Origin: a virus
Taxonomy: Duplodnaviria; Caudoviricetes
Reading direction: 5' to 3' (one strand)
DNA: 37,134 nucleotides
IMG/VR virus record: IMGVR_UViG_3300004241_000028
Coordinates: 1 to 37,134 of that record
The translations under genes were made by a program, and so were the position numbers. Shown here in pieces: positions 23,059 through 31,373 of this stretch. How positions within the stretch are numbered: the first letter of the stretch is position 1; every line of letters begins with the position of its first letter. A model generated the notes under the pieces. It made no database searches. It saw only the letters and a list, made by a program, of their open reading frames with translations, and was not told the origin of the DNA.

Positions 23059-25626
23059 ATGCTACAGATTCAGCTTCCCGATTACATAGACTTTTTGAAG
23101 TCTAAAATCAAGATCGCGCCTGATACCGGCATAGAGTTCAAGCCGGAGGATGTCAACCCGATCCTCAAGCCGCACGAGCGCGACAGCGTGCTATGGATGA
23201 CAAAGGGCGGACAGCGTGCGCTTTTTTCCAGCTTCGGACTTGGCAAGAGCCTTACGCAACTTGAAGCCTTGCGCCTCCTGATGTCAAGGTCGGAAGGGAA
23301 GGCGCTCATCGTCGCACCGCTCAACGTGGTCCCCGAGTTTATCAATGATTCCATGTTCCGGGGCCCATCGTTTGAGAAGGAAGCGGCGCGGCAGGGCCTT
23401 GACCTTGACAAGCTCCGCATTGACTTTGGCGTTCCCATCGAATACGTCAGGACGCAATCGGAGGCAGAGGCGTCTCCGTGCCGCATCGTGATAACGAACT
23501 ATGAGCGGGTCCGCGACGGCGATATCAACCCGGCATGGTTCACGGCTGTCACACTGGATGAGGCGTCAGTACTCCGCTCTTACGGATCAAAGACGTATCA
23601 GGAGTTCTTGCCTAAGTTCCAGCAGGTCCGGTACAAGTTCGTTGCCACAGCTACCCCGTCGCCTAACAAGTACAAGGAGCTTATCCACTATGCGGGCTTC
23701 CTTGGCATCATGGACACCGGGCAGGCACTTACCCGGTTCTTCCACCGCGATTCGACGCAAGCCAACAACCTGACCTTGTATCCGCACAAAGAGAAGGAAT
23801 TCTGGTTCTGGATTTCAACATGGGCGCTGTTCATAACGAAGCCTTCCGACCTTGGATACGACGATGCCGGCTACGACTTGCCCCCGCTGAACGTCATCTA
23901 TCACATGGTCAACGTCGATCACGCGACGGCCGGAATTGAGGACGACGGGCAGGTGAAGATGTTCAGGGACGCCGCGCTCGGGCTCCGCGACGCATCGAAG
24001 GAGAAGCGCGACAGCATCGGTTCCCGCATCGACAAGATGCTCGCTATCATTGAGGACGCTCCGGCCGATCATTTCATCATCTGGCACGACCTGGAGGACG
24101 AGCGCCGGGCTATCAAGAGGGCAGTACCGGAAGCTGCGGAGGTCTACGGCTCGCAGGATTACGAGAAGAATACCGAGATAACCAAAGCCTTCAAGGACGG
24201 CACCGTCAAGTATCTGGCCACTAAGCCGGACATGAGCGCCCAGGGCGGTAACATGCAGTACCATTGCCACAAGTGCATATTCCTTGGCATCGGGTACAAG
24301 TTCAATGATTTCATACAGGCGATCCACCGCATTTATCGGTTTATGCAGGATTATCCGGTCGAGGTGCATATCATCTACGCCGAGAGCGAGCAGGCTATCC
24401 TTGAAACGCTAAAGGCGAAGTGGGAGCAGCATAACTACCTCGTCGGGGAGATGACAAAGATTATCCGCGAGAATGGCCTTGCGTCAACAAACGTCCTAGA
24501 CAAGCTGTCGCGGACGATCAGCTTCAACCGCGAGGAAGTAAAGGGCCAGTATTACACTTCCATACTGAATGACAATTGCCTTGAGGTTCCAGGATGGGCG
24601 GACAATTCCATCGACCTTATCCATACCTCTATTCCATTCTCCAACCATTACGAGTACACGCCGACGTACAACGATTTCGGGCACAACGAGGATAACCGTA
24701 AGTTTTTCGAGCAGATGGACTACTTAACCCCGCACCTCTTGCGCATCCTGAAGCCGGGCCGCGTCTGCGCCGTTCACGTCAAGGACAGGATCCTGTTCGG
24801 CAACGCCACGGGTACGGGAATGCCGACCGTTGACCGATTCAGCGACGCGACCGCGGACCACTTCGAGCGCCACGGCTTTATGTTCATGGGCCGCATTACC
24901 ATCGACACGGACGTGGTTCGAGAGAATAATCAGACGTACCGGCTCGGCTGGACAGAGCAGTGCAAGGATGGGACCAAGATGGGCGTCGGCTGCCCGGAGT
25001 ACATCCTCCTGTTCCGCAAGCTCCCGAGCGACCTGTCGCGCGCCTACGCCGATGATCCGGTTGTCCACGACAAGATGGACTATACCCGCGCCCATTGGCA
25101 GATTGACGCCCATTCGCATTGGAAGTCATCGGGCGACAGGCTCTTGATGCTGGAAGAACTACGGGCTACGGAAGTATCCGAGCTTCAAGCCAAGTATCGC
25201 CAATTTTCACGCGAGAATCCGTACAACTACCGCGATCACGTCAAGCTCGCGGATGACCTCGAAGAGGATGGAAAGCTCCCGGCTTCGTTCATGGTTGTCG
25301 CTCCCGGATCGGAAAGCCAGTGGATATGGGACGACGTGAACCGGATGCGGACGCTGAACGGCGATCAGGCGCGGAAAGAGCTTACAATGCATATCTGCCC
25401 GCTACAGTTCGATATTGTCGAGCGCATCATTGAGAGGTTTTCAAACAAGGGCGAGCTGGTATTCGATCCATTCGCAGGGCTTTCAACCGTGCCGTACATG
25501 GCCGTGAAGATGGGCCGTCGCGGGATAGGAACAGAGCTTAATCCTGAATCGTGGCATGACGGTCTTGTATATCTGAAGGCGGCGGACATGGAAGTCTCGG
25601 CCCCGACCTTGTTTGATTTCAGTTGA
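23059..25626 (+). CDS. SNF2-like helicase fused to an N4/N6 (beta-class) DNA methyltransferase
   Basis: FGLGKS, LDEAS, TATPSPN, QAIHRIYRF; then DLIHTSIPF (motif IV), RILKPGR, HICPLQ, VFDPFAG (motif I). Confidence 0.9.
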   Translation: MLQIQLPDYIDFLKSKIKIAPDTGIEFKPEDVNPILKPHERDSVLWMTKGGQRALFSSFGLGKSLTQLEALRLLMSRSEGKALIVAPLNVVPEFINDSMFRGPSFEKEAARQGLDLDKLRIDFGVPIEYVRTQSEAEASPCRIVITNYERVRDGDINPAWFTAVTLDEASVLRSYGSKTYQEFLPKFQQVRYKFVATATPSPNKYKELIHYAGFLGIMDTGQALTRFFHRDSTQANNLTLYPHKEKEFWFWISTWALFITKPSDLGYDDAGYDLPPLNVIYHMVNVDHATAGIEDDGQVKMFRDAALGLRDASKEKRDSIGSRIDKMLAIIEDAPADHFIIWHDLEDERRAIKRAVPEAAEVYGSQDYEKNTEITKAFKDGTVKYLATKPDMSAQGGNMQYHCHKCIFLGIGYKFNDFIQAIHRIYRFMQDYPVEVHIIYAESEQAILETLKAKWEQHNYLVGEMTKIIRENGLASTNVLDKLSRTISFNREEVKGQYYTSILNDNCLEVPGWADNSIDLIHTSIPFSNHYEYTPTYNDFGHNEDNRKFFEQMDYLTPHLLRILKPGRVCAVHVKDRILFGNATGTGMPTVDRFSDATADHFERHGFMFMGRITIDTDVVRENNQTYRLGWTEQCKDGTKMGVGCPEYILLFRKLPSDLSRAYADDPVVHDKMDYTRAHWQIDAHSHWKSSGDRLLMLEELRATEVSELQAKYRQFSRENPYNYRDHVKLADDLEEDGKLPASFMVVAPGSESQWIWDDVNRMRTLNGDQARKELTMHICPLQFDIVERIIERFSNKGELVFDPFAGLSTVPYMAVKMGRRGIGTELNPESWHDGLVYLKAADMEVSAPTLFDFS

Positions 25627-25632
25627 CATTGT

Positions 25633-25673
25633 TGCAATGCCCGCTTGCAATATGTCGGGCATTGCATTACAAT
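25633..25673 (+). promoter_or_regulatory. recT promoter embedded in an 11-bp inverted repeat
   Basis: TTGCAA(25645)-17 nt-TACAAT; TGCAATGCCCG(25633)/CGGGCATTGCA(25656). Confidence 0.65.
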
Positions 25674-25690
25674 CTATACAGGAGGACAAT

Positions 25691-26698
25691 ATGGGAAACG
25701 AGAACGGCCTAATCGCAATCGTCAATAGCGATTACGTCAAACAGCGGTTTACGGAGGTCATGGGCGAGCGGTCGGCGGCGTTCCTTGCGTCGATCCTGAA
25801 CGCCACCAGGACGAACCCGGCGCTCAAGGATTGCACCCCGCAGTCGGTAATCGCGTCGGCAATGGTGGCGGCTACGCTTGATCTGCCTATTGACGGGAGC
25901 CTTGGATTCTCGGCGCTCGTGCCGTACCGCAACAAGGGCCAGATGGAGGCGCAGTTCCAGATCATGACGAAGGGCTTCGTGCAGTTAGCGCTTCGCACCG
26001 GCCAGTACAAGGCTATTAATGTCGGGCCGGTATTCGCCGACGAGTACCATGGCGAGAATCCGATAACCGGCGAGGTGGACATCCGGCCCGTCGTCGGAGG
26101 GATACGAGAGCAGACCGACATATCGCTGGCCGTCGGGTATGTGTGCTACTTCAACCTCGTGAACGGGTACGAGAAGGTAGCCTATTGGTCGATGGATCGC
26201 ATCCTGGCCCACGGCAAGCGGTACTCCAAGAGCTTCGGAAATGAATACGGCCTATGGAAGACGAACCTTCCCGCGATGGCCGCCAAGACGGTACTCAAGA
26301 ATACCCTGTCCCGCTGGGGCATCCTGTCCACGACGATGCAGATGGCAGTAAAGTTCGATCAGGCTGTAGCCCGCGACTACTCCAAGGGCCCGGCGGAGAT
26401 CGAGGCGAACTACGTGGACAGCATCGAAGGTGAAGAGATCCCACCGGACACCCGCGACCCTGAAGATATCCTGGCCCCGCCCGCCGAGACTGCTCCGGTT
26501 CCAGCCGAGAAGCCCGCCGGGAAGAAGGCCGGGAAGCTCGCCGACATCAAGCTGGCGCTGATCGACTACAGCGAATTCGACGAGACGCCGGAGGCCATCA
26601 GGACCGAGATCGACAAGGCGCTCAAGAGCCACCCGGAAGATTCAGTCATCCTCGGGGCGCTGCTGGCCAAGGTTCAGGCGGCGGTTGACCGCAAGTAA
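25691..26698 (+). CDS. recT: RecT family single-strand annealing protein
   Basis: AATLDLPID.SLGFS.LVPY, AQFQIM.KG.VQLALRTGQYK.IN, H.KRYSKSF, MA.KTVLK..LS.WGILS; AGGAGG RBS before ATG 25691. Confidence 0.92.
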   Translation: MGNENGLIAIVNSDYVKQRFTEVMGERSAAFLASILNATRTNPALKDCTPQSVIASAMVAATLDLPIDGSLGFSALVPYRNKGQMEAQFQIMTKGFVQLALRTGQYKAINVGPVFADEYHGENPITGEVDIRPVVGGIREQTDISLAVGYVCYFNLVNGYEKVAYWSMDRILAHGKRYSKSFGNEYGLWKTNLPAMAAKTVLKNTLSRWGILSTTMQMAVKFDQAVARDYSKGPAEIEANYVDSIEGEEIPPDTRDPEDILAPPAETAPVPAEKPAGKKAGKLADIKLALIDYSEFDETPEAIRTEIDKALKSHPEDSVILGALLAKVQAAVDRK

Positions 26699-26723
26699 CA
26701 ATCAGGCCCGGAGCGATTCGGGC

Positions 26724-26751
26724 TTGACTTATTGCCATATGGTATTATAAT
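26724..26751 (+). promoter_or_regulatory. Promoter downstream of recT
   Basis: TTGACT-16 nt-TATAAT, preceded by a GCCCG/CGGGC hairpin. Confidence 0.6.
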
Positions 26752-26778
26752 AGCTTTATCTTGATTCAAGGGGGATTT

Positions 26779-27447
26779 ATGGACAATTTCGACAAGGAAG
26801 CGGAAGTAGTGGCGCTGTCGCTACGGAGCAAAGTGGACGCTCTGGAAGTCGTCGATCAGGGAAGCTACGACCTGGCCAACGCGATCAATAAACAGGCGTA
26901 TGAAGGGCGCAAGGCGTTTCATACGTGGTTCGATCCCATCGACGAGGCGAGCAAGCGCCAGCGTCAGGCCACCATCGCGCAGGGCAAGAAGATCGACGAC
27001 CCGTTCGACTACGTTATCAAGGTAACGGGATCGAAGGCCGCCACGTGGATGCGTGCCGAGAAGGCGAAAGCGGACGAGGTGCGGAGGATCGCGGAGGAAG
27101 CGGCACGGCGCGAGGCTGAAGAGGCGCAGATACGCGCCGCCGAATCATTGCAGGCAGAGGGCTTATCGGCGGCAGCGGAAGCCGTCCTTGACGCTCCCGT
27201 CGTGACTCCGAAGGTCGAGGTCGCCATGCCGGAGAAATCCGACGGCGTGTCATACCGTGACGTATGGAGCGCGGAAGTAACGTGCCTGTCCGAGCTGGTC
27301 AAGGCCGTTGCCGCTGGTACCGCTCCGCTGAACGCAATTCAGGCGAACGAATCCTATCTCGGCCAGTGGGCGCGGATGTCCAAGGGCACCGAGTCACTCC
27401 CAGGCGTTAAAGTCCAGAATACGCCGATTCAGACGAGGAGAGTTTAA
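26779..27447 (+). CDS. Coiled-coil recombination-module protein (Gam/Gp157-like position)
   Basis: Long helical region, C-terminal GVSYR..W.AEV...LPGVKV; lies between recT and the exonuclease. Confidence 0.65.
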   Translation: MDNFDKEAEVVALSLRSKVDALEVVDQGSYDLANAINKQAYEGRKAFHTWFDPIDEASKRQRQATIAQGKKIDDPFDYVIKVTGSKAATWMRAEKAKADEVRRIAEEAARREAEEAQIRAAESLQAEGLSAAAEAVLDAPVVTPKVEVAMPEKSDGVSYRDVWSAEVTCLSELVKAVAAGTAPLNAIQANESYLGQWARMSKGTESLPGVKVQNTPIQTRRV

Positions 27448-27665
27448 TGATAATTGATACACTATCATATAGCGATATGGAGCCGTGTGTTATATGCGGC
27501 AAGAATCTAGGGAAGAAAAGGCCAGTTGCTCAAATGGTAATGGACGAAGGCAATGACAATATCGAAGTTTTATTTGCCCATAATGATTGCCTACATTCTA
27601 TTATGGATGGTGATATGGGTATTAAGGTTTCAGATTTGAAACACAAAAGGACTATAAAGAAATGA
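27447..27665 (+). CDS. AT-rich small Zn-binding hypothetical protein
   Basis: CVIC...HNDC; overlaps both neighbours. Confidence 0.6.
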   Translation: MIIDTLSYSDMEPCVICGKNLGKKRPVAQMVMDEGNDNIEVLFAHNDCLHSIMDGDMGIKVSDLKHKRTIKK

Positions 27666-28249
27666 CCTTCAACCCCGACCTCCACGAATACAGCGAGGAC
27701 GACGGTACACCTATTCCGTCCGTGACTCAAGTGCTCAAGGCGGCCGGGGTTATTGACGACCGATGGTTTACCGCCGAGTCAAGGGACAAGGGCAGCGCGG
27801 CTCATAAGCTCTGCGAGCGGTACGCGGTGGGCCACCGTGAGGACAAGCATGGCCGCCCGTTGCGCGATCTTCCCTATGTCAATGCCTTCGCGCAGTGGGT
27901 AGACGACTATCACCCGTGGGCTATCGATACCGAGTGCATGATCTACCACCGGCTCCACGGTATAGCCTACGCTGGCACGTTCGACCTTCGGGCATTGATC
28001 GACGGCAAGCGCGTATTGATCGACCTAAAAACAGGGGCCAAGTCTAAGACCCACGCTGTCCAGCTCGCTGCCTACTCCATGGCTAGGATGGTTGACAAGT
28101 CGGGGAGGGTTACAGACAATTTCGTCAACCCCGACAAGTGCGCAACGCTGTACCTCAAGGCGGACGGATCGTACAAATACAATCCAATCCCCGGCGCAAG
28201 GCTCGTCGAGGCGATACGGGAGTTCAAGGAGTATTTATGCGTGAAATAA
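27662..28249 (+). CDS. PD-(D/E)XK exonuclease (RecB/Cas4-like), likely RecT partner
   Basis: PSVTQVL, G.AAH, YAGTFDL, LIDLKTG, QLAAY. Confidence 0.88.
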   Translation: MTFNPDLHEYSEDDGTPIPSVTQVLKAAGVIDDRWFTAESRDKGSAAHKLCERYAVGHREDKHGRPLRDLPYVNAFAQWVDDYHPWAIDTECMIYHRLHGIAYAGTFDLRALIDGKRVLIDLKTGAKSKTHAVQLAAYSMARMVDKSGRVTDNFVNPDKCATLYLKADGSYKYNPIPGARLVEAIREFKEYLCVK

Positions 28250-28698
28250 AGTTCAGGGCTTGGGATGCTGTTTTGAATATTTATGGAGAAGTAATAAGAC
28301 TTGAAAAACCTGATAGTGAAATTGATAAAGCATACTATAGACATACTGGAAGGGTGTCTCTTATCAATCTAAAAAACGATCAAGATTGCGGCTCGTGGGG
28401 CCGGTGGCTTGAAAAAGTAGTTCTCGAACAATTCACCGGCCTCCTCGACAAGAACGGCAAGGAGATTTACGAGGGGGATATAGTTAAATATAAAATAGGG
28501 TATAAAATCAGTGATCCAGATGAAATACCCGAGGATATTGTGGACACAATATCGACCGTAATATATAAAGATGGTGAGTTTTCCCCGCGTTGTCATGGAT
28601 TTTATCCAGATGATTATTGGTATGGATACAAATATTATGACATGGAAGTAATCGGCAACATCCACGAGAACCCGGAGCTATTGGAGGGGAAAAAATGA
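28237..28698 (+). CDS. yopX: YopX family protein
   Basis: MREIKFRAWD...QFTGLLDKNGKEIYEGDIV...EVIGNIHENPELL; AAGGAG RBS before ATG 28237. Confidence 0.92.
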   Translation: MREIKFRAWDAVLNIYGEVIRLEKPDSEIDKAYYRHTGRVSLINLKNDQDCGSWGRWLEKVVLEQFTGLLDKNGKEIYEGDIVKYKIGYKISDPDEIPEDIVDTISTVIYKDGEFSPRCHGFYPDDYWYGYKYYDMEVIGNIHENPELLEGKK

Positions 28699-28886
28699 AA
28701 ATCTGCGCGATGGTAGACCGCTCGGCTGGAAATGAATCAGTCGGCGAGATGTGGACGGAGACGGCGGTATTCGATGATCAAGCGACGCTGGCCGACGTCT
28801 TCGCATGGACTCGCGATACTAGTAGCGCATGGCCAAATTACCGCGTCAATGTCAGGCTGGCCGTTCTTCAAGAGCCGAAGGGGTGA
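28695..28886 (+). CDS. Small hypothetical protein
   Basis: GGAGG RBS, ATGA overlap. Confidence 0.6.
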   Translation: MKICAMVDRSAGNESVGEMWTETAVFDDQATLADVFAWTRDTSSAWPNYRVNVRLAVLQEPKG

Positions 28887-28888
28887 AT

Positions 28889-29077
28889 ATGGGCATAACA
28901 CGAATGAAAGTAACCGGACGTAAAGGTATGGGCAATATCACGCTATCGATAGGAAATGATGGGAAACAGACTATTCATGCTACCGGGAAGATGGCCGACA
29001 TGATAGCTCGCGGCATGGCGCGCGATCTTGACATAGAGAAGATCGAAGCGCCGCAAGATATCACCAATGGAGATTAA
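28889..29077 (+). CDS. Small hypothetical protein (start MGITRMKV)
   Basis: AGGGG RBS; coupled to neighbours. Confidence 0.55.
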   Translation: MGITRMKVTGRKGMGNITLSIGNDGKQTIHATGKMADMIARGMARDLDIEKIEAPQDITNGD

Positions 29078-29252
29078 ACTACCGCCCGAACTTGACTCGG
29101 CCATGGTCGAAGAGATCGCCATGAAGCCCGGAATGGACAAGCGAAGCTACGTTTTGCAGGCGATTCGGCACCAGATAGCGGCGGACCGTGGATACCGGGA
29201 AAGGGCCGACAGGAAGCGCTCGGAACGCCCGGCGTCTACTTTTACGGATTAG
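29067..29252 (+). CDS. Second ribbon-helix-helix (CopG-like) protein
   Basis: MEIKLPPEL strand, helix, GMDKRSYVLQAIR. Confidence 0.6.
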   Translation: MEIKLPPELDSAMVEEIAMKPGMDKRSYVLQAIRHQIAADRGYRERADRKRSERPASTFTD

Positions 29253-29300
29253 CCGTATACCATAGATTGCTATCGATTGTTATCGATATAGCGAGCCAAT

Positions 29301-29340
29301 AGAAACGGCCCTACCTATTGCAAGGCGGGCCGTTTTCTTT
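29301..29340. terminator. Bidirectional terminator where the plus arm meets the tail arm
   Basis: AAACGGCCC...GGGCCGTTTTCTTT. Confidence 0.7.
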
Positions 29341-29355
29341 ATTCTATCGGGATGA

Positions 29356-29967
29356 CTACGGGTAGAGCATTCCCGCCACGAGGTACGTCGTTCCACCGTC
29401 GGCCATCACCTGCAATTCGTAGATGGCCTTGCGGGACAAGTATTCCTCTTCAGTTGCCGGATGTTCCTCGTACTTGATCGATCCGTCGAAGACGTAGACA
29501 AGATACAGGGCGTACTCCTCGTATGCTGGCCGGTCATCGATGATGACTACCGGAGGAGGAGGCACGCGGTCAACGTACAGGACTCCACCGTCGGCTATAG
29601 CCTGAATACGCCATATTTCGCGCCGGTCCGCTATGTCGGATCGAGGCCAGTCGAGATATTCCTTGATGATGTCATGGGTATCAGGCGCGGCAATGTAAGC
29701 ATCGGCCGGAGGAGCTTCCTCGATAGGCACGATCTCCTCGCCCTCGATGACAAAAAGCTGGTCATCGGTATGCGCAAGGTTGTATTCCTCCGCATAGTCG
29801 GCATAACTCTGGATCGTGGTGACGGCCTTCGACCTTGCCACGGTTCCTTCCTGAACTATTTCCCATGCGGAGTTGTACAGGCGGACGTTCGGCACGTCCA
29901 TGGGAACCTGCGAGCACGAGGCTAGAACGACGGCCAGCAGGATCATGATTATCGATTTACGGTTCAT
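29356..29967 (-). CDS. Lipoprotein (start MNRKSII), candidate superinfection exclusion
   Basis: Basic n-region, hydrophobic h-region, lipobox VLAS|C; GAGGAGG RBS; last gene after the tail fibre. Confidence 0.8.
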   Translation of the reverse strand: MNRKSIIMILLAVVLASCSQVPMDVPNVRLYNSAWEIVQEGTVARSKAVTTIQSYADYAEEYNLAHTDDQLFVIEGEEIVPIEEAPPADAYIAAPDTHDIIKEYLDWPRSDIADRREIWRIQAIADGGVLYVDRVPPPPVVIIDDRPAYEEYALYLVYVFDGSIKYEEHPATEEEYLSRKAIYELQVMADGGTTYLVAGMLYP

Positions 29968-30142
29968 CTGTGACCTCCTCGGGTACAGGGAAAGTATACG
30001 GCACTTCCCCATTGTACGCAACCCACGCGCCGCCACGGTTGGCCGCTTCGAGTTCGTACAGCGGCCAGTCGCGGGCCATTTCGTCGTCGGTCAATTCGTT
30101 GGCGTGTGCTATCTCGGTCTCATTGTGCAAGCATACAAACAT
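29957..30142 (-). CDS. Small acidic protein after the tail fibre (possible fibre chaperone)
   Basis: AAGGAG RBS; position. Confidence 0.6.
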   Translation of the reverse strand: MFVCLHNETEIAHANELTDDEMARDWPLYELEAANRGGAWVAYNGEVPYTFPVPEEVTDEP

Positions 30143-30152
30143 GGCTTACTCC

Positions 30153-31367
30153 TTACGGTATGTAGACTGCGCCCCAGGTATAGGCGTACTGGCCTGCGGT
30201 GCGGGGGTCCGTGGTTTTGCCGGTGCGGGGGGTGCCGTTGGTGCCGTCGGTGATAGGGTTGCCAACATTTGCCGGCAGTGAATCGGTGGCTCCAGCTCTT
30301 CCCCCGGAACCAACGCGATTATGCCCTACGTTGTTAGCTGATGGCCCTTCTAGCCAGTCGTGCCGGTGAGCTTGCCCTCGATCCATTTTCCTAAACCCGC
30401 CAACAACCTCCCCGCCTGCGTCCCCTGCGGCTACTCCTACAAATCCAGCAATGCGTAAAAGTCTAGCTGTCGTAGCGGCCCCTGCCACTCGGTAGGTGTA
30501 ACACGTCGCCACCTGTGCGCCTGCTGGAGGGTTGACGGAGACGGTCAACGTACGCGCTACTGCATCGGCTCCGGTGATGACGTAATCAACGTTGGCTATC
30601 GTTATCGTCCGCTGTTGCGTAGCGTCGGCATAGGTAGCCCCGTTGAGGAAGTTTGCAATCTCGCCGCCGAGTATGTAGTTTGAAACAATGGCATCATTGA
30701 TGATAAGCGATATGAGCGCGGTATCGCCGACTCCGAAGGTTATCACCGCTCCGGCTACCGTTACGTTGTGGTCGGTTACGCCAAGGACACTCGCGGGCTG
30801 GTTGCGAAGTTCCGTGACAAGGCTCGGCCAATGCGCGGCGAGTATATCTTGGTTGACGTTTCGAGGTACGGCCGGGAATGACGCGCTCGGTGCTTTCAAT
30901 GTCTCGGTCAATACCAGCTCGCCGAGTACGTGACTATTCTGGATGACGAATTCGGTTGTGGCAAGCTGGCCGGTAACGGTCGACAGCGCTGCGGTCGGGG
31001 CGGTAGGGACTCCGGTAAGGGTCGGGCTGGCTATGTCCGCCTTGAGCAGCAATCCATTCTGTACTGCCGTCAATACGTCGATGACGTTCAGGTTCGACAG
31101 AATCACAATGCCATTCTTGTCCCGTACCAGGATCGAGAAATCTCCAGGAGCCGCGTACAAGAATCCCGCCGCACCGTTGCGAGAAGGGTAGCCGCGGGTC
31201 GTGCGGATGTTCGTAGCGGGCATCGTCAACGCTTCGTCCCAATACGCCTGACGCGGATTGGACAGCGGGTTGAGTCCGGCTATACCTAAGTCGATGTAGC
31301 CGTTTTCCAGCGGCAAGCCGTCGGTATCGGTGAATACCGGGAAGGGCGTGTTTACCAGTGTTGCCAT
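30153..31367 (-). CDS. Tail fibre with a P22 tailspike-like head-binding domain
   Basis: PFPVFTD.DG.PL.NGYI..G..G.NP...GYP...FSILVRDKNG head-binding motif; KADIASPTLTGVPTAPTA fibre motif; HRH near the tip. Confidence 0.85.
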   Translation of the reverse strand: MATLVNTPFPVFTDTDGLPLENGYIDLGIAGLNPLSNPRQAYWDEALTMPATNIRTTRGYPSRNGAAGFLYAAPGDFSILVRDKNGIVILSNLNVIDVLTAVQNGLLLKADIASPTLTGVPTAPTAALSTVTGQLATTEFVIQNSHVLGELVLTETLKAPSASFPAVPRNVNQDILAAHWPSLVTELRNQPASVLGVTDHNVTVAGAVITFGVGDTALISLIINDAIVSNYILGGEIANFLNGATYADATQQRTITIANVDYVITGADAVARTLTVSVNPPAGAQVATCYTYRVAGAATTARLLRIAGFVGVAAGDAGGEVVGGFRKMDRGQAHRHDWLEGPSANNVGHNRVGSGGRAGATDSLPANVGNPITDGTNGTPRTGKTTDPRTAGQYAYTWGAVYIP

Positions 31368-31373
31368 GTGTTC

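Noticed and set aside
23059-25626. DISARM, BREX or type III restriction-modification defence system
   Set aside because: No partner genes; a standalone phage helicase-MTase fusion
27662-28249. Cas4 / CRISPR system
   Set aside because: No array or other cas genes and no four-Cys cluster pattern; context is a RecT recombination module
30153-31367. Diversity-generating retroelement or invertible tail-fibre cassette
   Set aside because: No reverse transcriptase, template repeat, invertase or alternative tips seen
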